Source of the DNA: Deferribacterales bacterium | Lineage (GTDB): Bacteria > Chrysiogenota > Deferribacteres > Deferribacterales > Geovibrionaceae | DNA: 64,000 bases | Assembly: GCA_050253075.1 (NCBI GenBank) | Contig: JBFWJS010000003.1 | Coordinates: 85,458 to 149,457, forward strand | Direction: 5' to 3' | Part shown: positions 8,586 to 17,793 of the stretch, piece by piece | Layout: each line of letters opens with the position of its first letter | How positions within the stretch are numbered: the stretch's first letter is position 1 | The notes under the pieces: generated by a model | Told to the model about the DNA's origin: nothing | The model's input: only the letters and a program-made list of their open reading frames with translations | The model's database searches: none | Program-made: the position numbers and the translations under genes

Positions 8586-9649
8586 GCTGTGCTACTGTTT
8601 AATTCATTAACTAGATGTTTTGAGAGTGCTTCAGCGAATTTACACGGTAAAGCATTACCGACAAGCCTACATGCTCTTTCTAAATATCTAGTTTTAAATG
8701 TGTAGCCAATTGGAAATGTTTGTAAAATAGCGGCTTCTCTTACTGAAATGGTTCTGTCTTCTTCTGGATGTATAAATCTGCCAGTACTCATAGTTGTACA
8801 GCCTGTAGTTATGGTAGGAGAAGGCTTATCCCAATCCATTCTAGCATAAACATTTCCATATCCTTTATTTTTACCTTTATGGCATGGCGGTCTTAGTTCG
8901 TCTGGTATCGAATACCTGTTTGAACCACTTTTAATATACTTAAGTCTTTCCTTATTAATTGGAGCTAGTTCCCTGATGATGCTCCAGTGATTCATATTTT
9001 CTATAGCGTTTTCAGAAACTTGACGAATAGTTAGTGGAGTTGGTATTGTGATATTCTCAAAAGCATCTTTAACAGTTAGCCACTTTAGCTTACCATTTTC
9101 ACCTTTCTCAGCATGTGTAGTTGATGGCATTTCAATCTTCTTAGCTTTACTAGCATACATCACTAAACGATTGCGAGACTGAGGTACACCAAAATCAGCA
9201 ACTTGTAATACTTTATAGCTGGTGTAGTAACCCATTTGGGCGAGTTGGTTTAGAACATCATCAAAAATTTCTTTACCTCTCTTAGCCATGCCAGGAACAT
9301 TTTCCATCATAACTGCTTGAGGTTCTATAATTTTGATTGCTCTTAGAAATTCATAAACAAGTTTATTTCTAGGGTCATCTTTTTTCATTGTTAAAGAGGA
9401 AAATCCTTGGCATGGAGGGCAACCAGTGACAATGTTAATTCCTTTGTTTTTAAGTTGTATGAAATATTCATCTGGTATTTTGGTTATATCTGTAGTGTTA
9501 ACTTTTACTTCTGGATGGTTGTATTTGTATGTTTCTGAGGCGTCAATATCAATCTCAATAGCTTCTATAACGTTTATTCCAGCTTGTTTTAATCCGACAG
9601 TTAAGCCTCCTGCTCCTGCGAAAAGATCTATAGCTCTCAATCTACCCAT
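8582..9649 (-). CDS. DNA (cytosine-5)-methyltransferase
   Basis: Motif I DLFAGAGG, IV GCPPCQGFS, VI ENV, VIII QSRNR, IX RTISVREAAILQTFP, X GNA. Confidence 0.96.
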   Translation of the reverse strand: MGRLRAIDLFAGAGGLTVGLKQAGINVIEAIEIDIDASETYKYNHPEVKVNTTDITKIPDEYFIQLKNKGINIVTGCPPCQGFSSLTMKKDDPRNKLVYEFLRAIKIIEPQAVMMENVPGMAKRGKEIFDDVLNQLAQMGYYTSYKVLQVADFGVPQSRNRLVMYASKAKKIEMPSTTHAEKGENGKLKWLTVKDAFENITIPTPLTIRQVSENAIENMNHWSIIRELAPINKERLKYIKSGSNRYSIPDELRPPCHKGKNKGYGNVYARMDWDKPSPTITTGCTTMSTGRFIHPEEDRTISVREAAILQTFPIGYTFKTRYLERACRLVGNALPCKFAEALSKHLVNELNSSTA

Positions 9650-9859
9650 GTTGCAATCCTATAAATTTACTTGAAACCAAATTTGATAGCTTATACTGTA
9701 TTACTGCGTTTGTAAATATGTGTTCAGGTATCAGTGTATTACAATGATGGTTATCAACATAAGTATCGGCATAAATGTCAAATTTATTAGTTTTTTTTTA
9801 CACATCGTCTACCTCTTCCCAAAAGAGTAGGAATGAGTAAATTTACTCGTCGATTAAAT

Positions 9860-9893
9860 ATAATTCAGACCATTTTTCATTCTAAGTTGATTT
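9860..9893 (+). repeat. Right direct repeat of islet
   Basis: ATAATTCAGACCATTTTTCATTCTAAGTTGATTT. Confidence 0.85.
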
Positions 9894-10046
9894 GTGTCCA
9901 ATTTCGACTAAAACCGCCAAAAAAATAAAGTAACGCATCTTATAATGATGAACATTAAATATGTATTTACTCGTTAGTAAATATTATAATTTCATCTTTA
10001 TGAGGTGTATTTAGGGGGCATTTTAAAGCCTTGCTGGCGGGATTAA

Positions 10047-10071
10047 ATGGGGCGGTGCTTCTCCGCCCCAT
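10047..10071 (-). terminator. Probable terminator hairpin after the small secreted protein gene
   Basis: ATGGGGCGG-tgcttct-CCGCCCCAT; short U tract. Confidence 0.55.
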
Positions 10072-10103
10072 GAGAGTGGTTTAGGTAGGTTCGCTAAGTT
10101 GAA

Positions 10104-10280
10104 TTAGTTGCTTTTAGAAGTTTCTTTTTCCGCAGGTTTTTCAGTTTCTGTAGGTGTCTGAACTGTTGTTTCACCCGCAGGTTTAACTGTTTTGGAAGTG
10201 TCTTTTGCATCGGATGCAAATGCTTGTACAGATGCAAGCATGAACATTGCAACTATAACTGCTGAAATCATTTTTCTCAT
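10104..10280 (-). CDS. Unannotated 58-aa exported low-complexity peptide (not in the ORF track)
   Basis: MRKMISAVIVAMFMLASVQAFA-SDAKDTSKTVKPAGETTVQTPTETEKPAEKETSKSN; AAAGGAG RBS, AFA signal peptidase site, upstream sigma-54 promoter, downstream hairpin. Confidence 0.85.
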   Translation of the reverse strand: MRKMISAVIVAMFMLASVQAFASDAKDTSKTVKPAGETTVQTPTETEKPAEKETSKSN

Positions 10281-10317
10281 AATTCGGTACTCCTTTTAAA
10301 ATTGTTACTGTTCTATA

Positions 10318-10333
10318 TGCATATAGCGTGCCA
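10318..10333 (-). promoter_or_regulatory. Sigma-54 (-24/-12) promoter of the 58-aa peptide gene
   Basis: Minus strand TGGCACGCTATATGCA: GG-N10-GC. Confidence 0.85.
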
Positions 10334-10410
10334 AAAACGGTAAGATTATTTAAACTATTCATAATAAATATGTTTTGCTATTTAAGAGGTCTTGTTGGAA
10401 AGAGCAAGAC

Positions 10411-10484
10411 TGACCGGATTCTCCTACAGGTTTTTTGCCTGTTTATGGTTTATCAGGTATTTGGGGTGTAGGGATTTTCCTACA
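10411..10484. promoter_or_regulatory. Two putative enhancer sites: TGAC-N10-TACA (10411-10428) and TGTA-N10-TACA (10467-10484)
   Basis: Shared core GGATT(C/T)TCCTACA; same geometry as the GlrR/QseF site TGTC-N10-GACA; 80-150 bp upstream of the sigma-54 promoter. Confidence 0.65.
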
Positions 10485-10571
10485 CCTAAACAGTGCTAAG
10501 ATGCTCTGTTTATAAGGGTTTGGACGATATTGCTTATTGTGATTGTGTGAGTGTGATGATAAAATACCGAA

Positions 10572-11990
10572 ATGAAGCTAAAAGGAATCTTCGGCAGACT
10601 TTTTATCAGTAATTTCATCATTCTGGTTTTCCTCTCTATATTCATGACCTACATCTTCACCAAAACTCAGAAACTGAATTCTCTGCTGCATCAGGTAACG
10701 ACGGTGGAGCTGCCATTGATAGAAAAGACAGACAGGCTGTATAACCTTATCTCCGAGATAGGGGAATTTAGAGACAAATACCGCATTTCATACGATTCCG
10801 ACTTTCTCGAACGCTATAAAAAGTATTCGGGCGATGCGTCCATCCTGCTGACAGAGATGTGGATGCTGATATCCGAAAGCGGTAAAGAGGCTGCCTTTGA
10901 CTCGCTGAAACACTCATATTCAGAATTTATGTCCGCAAATACCGCATACCTATGGAATATATCCGAAAATACCTTTCCGCCGTCTGTGGAGGAGCTCACA
11001 TTGGCGGTGTCTGCCCTGCGTGATATAGCCATGCAGCAGCGGAGCGAAAGCCTGCGTGTGTCGGGCGTCCTTTCTGAAGAGGTGAAGGCGGGCGTTTTTA
11101 TATTTGTTCTCACGGGGATAGCGCTGATACTTGCTATAGCCTACTTTAACACGAGAAATATCGTCCTCCCCCTGAGCAATCTGAGCAGGGAGACCCACAG
11201 GGTGACAGAGGGGACATACCCTGAGTCGATAGAGGCAGACGGACCATATGAGGTGAAGAAGCTGGCGGAGGATTTCGGAGTGATGCTAAGCCGTCTGAAA
11301 GAGAATGATGAGCTGAAGGCGGAGTTTATCGGGAATGTGTCCCACGAGCTGCGCACACCGCTTACATCCATAAGGGAAGCGTCGAACATGCTGAAGGAAA
11401 ACTATTTCATGAAAGATAGGGTCAGCTCTGAAAAACTGCTGAACATCATAAGCGGTGAGAGCCAGCGGATGATCAATTCGGTGAATAATATACTTGAAAT
11501 GACCCGTCTGGACATGTCTGAGGTGTCATATCAGTGCGAGAAGGCTGATGTGGGGCGGATGATACGGTCGGTTGTGCTGAAATCCGAGCCGATAGCAGAA
11601 AAGCGTAACATAAAGATAATATCCCATGTGCCTGTTGATAAAGTCTTTGCCGTTGCAGATATTGAGAAGATATCCGTGGTGCTGATAAACCTGCTGGGGA
11701 ATGCTCTGAAGTATTCCTATGAAGGCGGGGAGATAAATATCACCGCAAAGGAAACGGGCAGTCTGCTGAGGGTATGTGTGGAAGATAACGGGGTCGGCAT
11801 ATCCGCCGACGAGCTCTCGATAATATTCGAGAGGTATCGTCAGGGGAGCAATAAGACCTCAGAATATAAAGGCTCCGGTCTGGGGCTGGCGATATGTACA
11901 AAAATACTGGAAAAGCACGGAGGAAAGATATGGGCGGAAAGCTCCGAAGGGAATGGGAGCAGATTCTTTTTTACACTGCAGTCTGTCTGA
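10572..11990 (+). CDS. Membrane HAMP sensor histidine kinase (GlrK/QseE-like)
   Basis: Two TM helices, HAMP, VSHELRTPL, NLLGNALKY, DNGVGI, GSGLGL. Confidence 0.92.
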   Translation: MKLKGIFGRLFISNFIILVFLSIFMTYIFTKTQKLNSLLHQVTTVELPLIEKTDRLYNLISEIGEFRDKYRISYDSDFLERYKKYSGDASILLTEMWMLISESGKEAAFDSLKHSYSEFMSANTAYLWNISENTFPPSVEELTLAVSALRDIAMQQRSESLRVSGVLSEEVKAGVFIFVLTGIALILAIAYFNTRNIVLPLSNLSRETHRVTEGTYPESIEADGPYEVKKLAEDFGVMLSRLKENDELKAEFIGNVSHELRTPLTSIREASNMLKENYFMKDRVSSEKLLNIISGESQRMINSVNNILEMTRLDMSEVSYQCEKADVGRMIRSVVLKSEPIAEKRNIKIISHVPVDKVFAVADIEKISVVLINLLGNALKYSYEGGEINITAKETGSLLRVCVEDNGVGISADELSIIFERYRQGSNKTSEYKGSGLGLAICTKILEKHGGKIWAESSEGNGSRFFFTLQSV

Positions 11991-12547
11991 TCCTGTTTTT
12001 GGGCGGGTGCAGTTTCATCGATACCAGCAACTCCGGCTTTATGAAGCTGTATAGAAGCGGTGAGTATGAAAGGGCGTATGCCGTGATAGAAAGCATGTCC
12101 GAGCAGGAGAGCAGGCGTGTACTCTTCCGCAGGCTATTGCTGACGGCAGACCCTGAAAGCACATATTACAACCCGCAGGAAGCATCGGAAACAGCGGATA
12201 AGATAATAGCCGCCTTCCCCGAAAGCCCCCATGCATCATACGCTCTGGGGATGAAGCGGGTGCTGGATAAGCTGGTGTGTGCGGACAATTTGAACGATAC
12301 CCTCACGGACACGGTGGAGGGCACAGTGAAGCTCCTCGACGACAGGGAAGAGGCTCTGGATGAGATGACCCACTCTATTAATGAGTATGAAGCCATACAC
12401 GAAAAGATAGTCTCTAAAAATTCCGAACTGCGCAACACTGTCAGACATCTAAAGAAAGAGAATGAAGCTCTGACGGAAGAGAATATTCAGCTGAAAAAAC
12501 AGCTCGAAATGATGAAAGAGGTTGATCTGAAAACCGATAGGAAATGA
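11930..12547 (+). CDS. Lipoprotein with C-terminal coiled coil (QseG/YfhG-like position)
   Basis: GGAGG RBS before MGGKL; lipobox LGGC; ends ENIQLKKQLEMMKEVD; lies between kinase and regulator. Confidence 0.7.
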   Translation: MGGKLRREWEQILFYTAVCLILFLGGCSFIDTSNSGFMKLYRSGEYERAYAVIESMSEQESRRVLFRRLLLTADPESTYYNPQEASETADKIIAAFPESPHASYALGMKRVLDKLVCADNLNDTLTDTVEGTVKLLDDREEALDEMTHSINEYEAIHEKIVSKNSELRNTVRHLKKENEALTEENIQLKKQLEMMKEVDLKTDRK

Positions 12548-12550
12548 TGA

Positions 12551-13897
12551 ATGATAAAAGTGCTGATAGTAGACGACGATAACAGCCTGCTGGAGATACT
12601 GCGTATGCGGTTTGAAAGCTGCGGATTTGCTCCGTGTGCCGCAGACAGCTTTGACTCTGCCATGGCTATGATACGTGAAGATATATATGACGCTGCGGTA
12701 TTTGACATGAGGCTGGACGGCAGGACAGGGCTGGAGCTGATGGGCGAGATAAAGAAATACGACAGCGGGCTCCCCGTTATATTCCTTACTGCATACGGCA
12801 CAATAGACAATGCCGTAGAGGCTATGCAGGAGGGGGCTTACAGCTATCTGACAAAGCCGTTTGACTATAAAGAACTGATAGCAAAGGTCGAAGAGGCTGT
12901 ACATGAGAACAGCTTCTCCCGTGAAGTACTGAGGTCTAAACAGACGGAAACAGACTCGCTGATAGCAGGAACTATCATAGGCAAAAGCGGAAAGATACAG
13001 GAGCTGAGGCGCAATGTCACAGCCGCCGCAGGGAGCGATGCGAACGTCTTCATCTTTGGCGAGAGCGGTACAGGGAAGGAACTGGTGGCGAGGATGCTTC
13101 ACGCTCTAAGCACAAGAAGCAAGGAAAACTTTATCGCCGTGAACTCCTCCGCCATACCCGAAACTCTTATGGAGAGCGAACTCTTCGGGCATGAGAAGGG
13201 CGCATTTACAGGTGCAGACAGGAAGAAGCAGGGGCTTTTCGAACAGGCACAGAAGGGGAGCATATTCCTGGACGAGATATCCGAGATGCCCGTCGCCATG
13301 CAGACAAAGCTGCTGCGGGTGCTGGAGAACAGAGAGGTCACTCCGCTGGGCGGAGGAAAGACCATCCCGCTGGATATAAGGTTGATAACAGCGTCGAACA
13401 AAGACCTGATGGAGATGATAGAACAGGGCGATTTCCGCCATGATCTATTCTATAGGATACACGTGATACAGATAGACATCCCCGCACTGAAAGAGCGTAA
13501 GGAAGACCTGACAATGCTATGCGACCATTTCATAAGGAAATATACAGACAGGTATAAGCTGGAGATGAAGAGCATGTCCCGTGATGCTCTGGATAAGATA
13601 ATGGAGTACGACTGGCCTGGGAACGTGCGGGAGCTGGAAAACACGCTGGAGTGTGCCATCGTCCTTAACAAATCCGGACAGATAAGCGCCGACAGCATAA
13701 AGTTTTTCAAAAATACTGACAACCAGATAACGGTATACCGTGAGGCAAAGCTGGAGTTTGAGTTCAAGTTTTTAAAAGAGCTGATGGAGCGCACCAGAGG
13801 AAACATCAGCAAGGCAGCAAGGATGTCGGACATTTACCGCTCTGACCTGTATGAACTGCTGAAAAAGCACGACATCGATCCTAAGGAATACAGGTAA
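12551..13897 (+). CDS. Sigma-54-dependent response regulator (NtrC family, GlrR/QseF-like)
   Basis: REC domain, GESGTGKE, ELFGHEKGAFTGA, FLDEI, WPGNVRELEN, Fis-type HTH. Confidence 0.95.
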   Translation: MIKVLIVDDDNSLLEILRMRFESCGFAPCAADSFDSAMAMIREDIYDAAVFDMRLDGRTGLELMGEIKKYDSGLPVIFLTAYGTIDNAVEAMQEGAYSYLTKPFDYKELIAKVEEAVHENSFSREVLRSKQTETDSLIAGTIIGKSGKIQELRRNVTAAAGSDANVFIFGESGTGKELVARMLHALSTRSKENFIAVNSSAIPETLMESELFGHEKGAFTGADRKKQGLFEQAQKGSIFLDEISEMPVAMQTKLLRVLENREVTPLGGGKTIPLDIRLITASNKDLMEMIEQGDFRHDLFYRIHVIQIDIPALKERKEDLTMLCDHFIRKYTDRYKLEMKSMSRDALDKIMEYDWPGNVRELENTLECAIVLNKSGQISADSIKFFKNTDNQITVYREAKLEFEFKFLKELMERTRGNISKAARMSDIYRSDLYELLKKHDIDPKEYR

Positions 13898-14005
13898 TAT
13901 CCGGCAAGGCCTCATTATATATTGCTAAATATAGAAACAATAAATAATTAACGTGCTGAAATTAAAAAGTGATGCTATACTGACTCCTACATAATAGGTT
14001 TACCA

Positions 14006-15802
14006 GTGAAAAATATACTCAATATTTTAATTTGTTTAATTTTTATTGTTTGCTCACAGGCATATGCCAATGAAAGAAAGGTGAGTTTACAGCTCGTCTG
14101 GCATCATCAGTTTCAGTTTGCCGGTTATTATATGGCACTGGAAAAGGGATACTATCAAGATGCCGGGCTGGATGTAAATATCCTATCCGTGAAGACCGAC
14201 TCGACTCCTATCAACGAGGTCTTAAACGGCAGAGCCGATTTCGGTATCAGCACATCAGGTGTCATACTCGACTATTTTAACGGCAAGCCTCTCGTATCCG
14301 TTGCTGCGATATTTCAGCGCAGCCCACTCGTTTTCGTGACGAAAGAACGCCCCGACATCACATCCATAAGAGACTTCGCAGGGAAGAAGGTTATGCTGCT
14401 GGACGACAGAAGCAGCCTCGAGCTCGTGGCTCTGCTGAGAAAGTATAATCTGGACGACCATATAGAGCGCATCCCTTCATCCTTTGACCCGAACGACCTC
14501 GTAGACGACAAGACAGACGTTTTCAACGGGTATAAGAGCAACGAACCCTATCTGCTGGAGACCGAAGGGGTTTCAAGCAGGGAATTCGACCCGTTCGACT
14601 ACGGTATAAAGTTCTACGGCGATATACTCTTCACCACGGAGCAGTACCTGAAAGAGAACGAAAGTACCGTCGAGGCTTTTAGAAAGGCGAGTCTGAAAGG
14701 GTGGAAATATGCCATGAACCACACCGAAGAGACCATCGACGTCATCAAGAATAAATATAAATCAGACAAGACAAAAGCCCACCTGCGCTACGAGGCGAGC
14801 ATTATACAACAGCTCACACAGCACGATATTGTCCCTTTTGGCTTCCAGAGCAAAGAGAGGTGGGAGCAGATAGCAGCCATTCTGCATGACATCAATGTGG
14901 TGGATGGATACAGAGACCTCGGACATTTTATATATGAGCCGAGCGACAGCATACGCTGGCGGGAGATACGCCCGTTTCTGTTCGTCTTCGCCATTATCGT
15001 CCTTTTGATCATACTGTGGCGTTATCATACTCTGTATAAAGCGAAAAAGACTATTTTAGAAAAAGAGAAGCTCATCCTGCAGCAGTCGAAATATGCGGCA
15101 CTGGGGGAGATGATGGGGGCTATCACACACCAGCTGAAACAGCCTCTCACGGCGACCAGTATGATACTGCAGAACCTTGAGGACTCCGCATATAAAGAAG
15201 AAGACGAGAAGATGATAGAGCAGGGGATCACACTGATAAACCACATGGCACAAACCATCGACGGATTCAGAAGATTCTACCGCACTGACAGAAACTTCGG
15301 CACATTCAGCGTTGCCGAGGCTATCAAAGAGGCGTTTGAGCTCAGCAAAGGATATCTGACGTATAACCATATCCACTCCGAGCTGCTCTGCTCATGCGGA
15401 AAGCGGGATTACCCTTGCGGGCCTGCACAGTGTGAACAGCTCGAAAAGCACTGCTCGGCGACTCTCAGCGGAAATTCGAACGAGCTGAAACAGATAATAC
15501 TGAACCTGATACAAAACTCCCGTGAGGCTCTCATAGAGTCTGACAAGCCTGAAAAGATCATAAGGGTGAATATAAAGACCACGGACGAGCTGATAAAGAT
15601 CATTTTCGAAGACAACGGCCCGGGGATAAGCAAAGATGTCATCGGCAACCTTTTCGATATGGATATCACCTCAAAAGCGGAAGGCACGGGGCTCGGCCTC
15701 TATATGTGCCGCAATATGATAAAAGAGCACTATAAGGGCTTCATAACAGCAGAAAATTATGAAGACGGCGCAAGGTTCATAATAACTCTTCCTATTGATT
15801 AA
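14006..15802 (+). CDS. Sensor histidine kinase with NMT1/THI5-like periplasmic binding domain
   Basis: LQLVWHHQFQFAGYYMALEKGYY, TM, ITHQLKQPL, NLIQNSREA, DNGPGI, GTGLGL; Cys-rich insert before the N box. Confidence 0.88.
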   Translation: MKNILNILICLIFIVCSQAYANERKVSLQLVWHHQFQFAGYYMALEKGYYQDAGLDVNILSVKTDSTPINEVLNGRADFGISTSGVILDYFNGKPLVSVAAIFQRSPLVFVTKERPDITSIRDFAGKKVMLLDDRSSLELVALLRKYNLDDHIERIPSSFDPNDLVDDKTDVFNGYKSNEPYLLETEGVSSREFDPFDYGIKFYGDILFTTEQYLKENESTVEAFRKASLKGWKYAMNHTEETIDVIKNKYKSDKTKAHLRYEASIIQQLTQHDIVPFGFQSKERWEQIAAILHDINVVDGYRDLGHFIYEPSDSIRWREIRPFLFVFAIIVLLIILWRYHTLYKAKKTILEKEKLILQQSKYAALGEMMGAITHQLKQPLTATSMILQNLEDSAYKEEDEKMIEQGITLINHMAQTIDGFRRFYRTDRNFGTFSVAEAIKEAFELSKGYLTYNHIHSELLCSCGKRDYPCGPAQCEQLEKHCSATLSGNSNELKQIILNLIQNSREALIESDKPEKIIRVNIKTTDELIKIIFEDNGPGISKDVIGNLFDMDITSKAEGTGLGLYMCRNMIKEHYKGFITAENYEDGARFIITLPID

Positions 15803-15915
15803 TCTATATTTCTTAATTTCTATGACGATAAAATATATTTGTATATTTATTAAATCTTTTATATAGTTAATACGTTATCTTATTATATATTGATACTGTT
15901 CTGGATGTATTACAT

Positions 15916-17793
15916 ATGAAGTCTAATAGTTCCGACAAGAAAACTTTCAGTATTGCTACTGTCATTATCGCCGTTCTGGTGATATTCTCTATCGTCGGCA
16001 CAGTATCAATCATAGCACTATCAAAGAGATATTCCGAATCTGCCCTTCATTCCCTCGCTGTAGATATCATAAAAAGAACGGTTGCAGACTCTGCAGAGCA
16101 TGTGCGCCTTATGCTGAAGCCTGCCGTATCTGCCGTGAACGGGCTGGAGCCCATCATGCCGGAGAGTGCGTCTATATATGCCGACCCGGAGCTGAACAAA
16201 GAGCTCTCCGACTATATGATAAAGATACTGCAGAACAACCCGGACGTTTACACCCTGTATTATGCAAATGAACAGGGCGAGTTCTTCCTCGTGGGGAAGA
16301 GGCAGAGATTTGAAGATGATAAGAAAGCGTACTATTTTCATAAAAAGATAATGCTGGCGGACGGACAAAGGGTCGTCACTGAGACGTGGTTCGACGATGC
16401 TATGAACGAGCTGGAAACAGTGAAGCTGGCTAATGACAACTATGTACCTCAGTCCAGACCTTGGTATAAAAAAGCCGTGCTCGAGGCGGGGCCTGTCTGG
16501 ACATCTCCTTATATATTTTTCATAACAAAGCTCCCCGGGATAACCTATGCGAAGCCTGTTTATTATAAAGGCGTATTCAGCGGTGTTCTTGCGGCAGATC
16601 TAGAGATAAGTACCATATCTAAGTTCCTGATGAACAGCGTATTTACAAAGAATACATGTATATTTGCCATGGACGGATCGGGCAACATTCTGGCACACTC
16701 GAAAATGTATGAAAAATACGGCGACAAATACGAGCTCAAAGAACACATCCCCACCATCACAGACTTTGGCGATGATGTGATGACAGGTATGAAGAGCATG
16801 TATGACACCATGCATGTGAATGAAGTGAAGAGCCTGCGTGAGGGTAATAAAAGCTATAAGACCATCATCGCACCATACAGTATATACGGGCTGGATGTGA
16901 TACTCGGCATGTATACCCCAGATTTTGACTATCTCTCACCGTTATATCAAAGCTATGAGGCACTTGCCATCGTTGCAGGCATCATACTGGTGCTCACGAT
17001 ATTTATCAGTCTTAATATATCCCGACACCTCGCAAAACCGTTTAAAATGCTCAGCGCCGCAACGGAAAGTGCGAAGGAGCTGCAGTTTGATAAAAGGATA
17101 AATGTAAGGTCAAATTTTAGGGAAGTATCTGTCACACAGGATAATTTTAACCAGATGCTTGAGAGTCTGGCGAATTATCAGGTGGCTAATCAGATGCTCT
17201 CCGAGACACTGCATAACGCCCACATAGACACACTGTACAGGCTGGCGATGGCCGCCGAGCATAAAGACCAATACACATACGACCACCTGAAAAGGGTGAG
17301 CGACATATCCGTGATGCTGGCTGAGATAATGGGGCTGAACAGGCACGATGTGGAGATACTCAGACACGCCAGTGCCATGCACGACGTGGGCAAGCTGGGT
17401 ATACCGGACCATATCCTCCTTAAGCCGGGCAAGCTGACGCCTGAGGAATACGACATTATCAAAACACATTCGGAAATAGGTGCAAAGATACTGGAAAAGC
17501 CAAGCTCGGAAGAGATGGACGCTTCGATGGTGATAGCACTGCACCACCACGAAAAGTGGGACGGCACAGGATATCCGCAGGGGCTTGCGGGTGAGGATAT
17601 ACCTCTATTCGGCAGGATAGTGAGCATCGCGGATGTTATAGATGCGCTCCTCTCACAGCGCCCTTATAAAGAGCCTTTCACATTCGAGGAGACCATAGAG
17701 ATAGTACGTTCCGAGAGGGGCAGGCACTTCGACCCTGACCTAGCCGATGTTATTCTGAATAATCAGGAAGCGCTGAGAAAGATAGTTTCCTAG
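15916..17793 (+). CDS. Cache-sensor HD-GYP cyclic dinucleotide phosphodiesterase
   Basis: Periplasmic RPWY..PVWTSPY Cache motif, HAMP-like region, HDVGK, HHEKWDGTGYP, RPYK. Confidence 0.9.
   Translation: MKSNSSDKKTFSIATVIIAVLVIFSIVGTVSIIALSKRYSESALHSLAVDIIKRTVADSAEHVRLMLKPAVSAVNGLEPIMPESASIYADPELNKELSDYMIKILQNNPDVYTLYYANEQGEFFLVGKRQRFEDDKKAYYFHKKIMLADGQRVVTETWFDDAMNELETVKLANDNYVPQSRPWYKKAVLEAGPVWTSPYIFFITKLPGITYAKPVYYKGVFSGVLAADLEISTISKFLMNSVFTKNTCIFAMDGSGNILAHSKMYEKYGDKYELKEHIPTITDFGDDVMTGMKSMYDTMHVNEVKSLREGNKSYKTIIAPYSIYGLDVILGMYTPDFDYLSPLYQSYEALAIVAGIILVLTIFISLNISRHLAKPFKMLSAATESAKELQFDKRINVRSNFREVSVTQDNFNQMLESLANYQVANQMLSETLHNAHIDTLYRLAMAAEHKDQYTYDHLKRVSDISVMLAEIMGLNRHDVEILRHASAMHDVGKLGIPDHILLKPGKLTPEEYDIIKTHSEIGAKILEKPSSEEMDASMVIALHHHEKWDGTGYPQGLAGEDIPLFGRIVSIADVIDALLSQRPYKEPFTFEETIEIVRSERGRHFDPDLADVILNNQEALRKIVS

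Larger units (their letters stand above)
6287..9893. mobile_element. AT-rich genomic islet downstream of tRNA-Leu, bounded by 34-bp imperfect direct repeats; no integrase seen
   Basis: Abrupt AT-rich composition and codon usage; repeats at 6287-6320 and 9860-9893; defence-type cargo. Confidence 0.7.

Noticed and set aside
6135..10100. Prophage or ICE integrated in tRNA-Leu
   Set aside because: No integrase, phage or conjugation genes, and I found no duplicated tRNA 3' end; only a small islet is supported.
12449..13102. Long antisense ORFs (also 1100-1720, 25160-25747, 28137-28724, 30435-31127, 50863-51483, 56849-57457)
   Set aside because: They are shadows of well-supported genes on the opposite strand, with no motifs or RBS.
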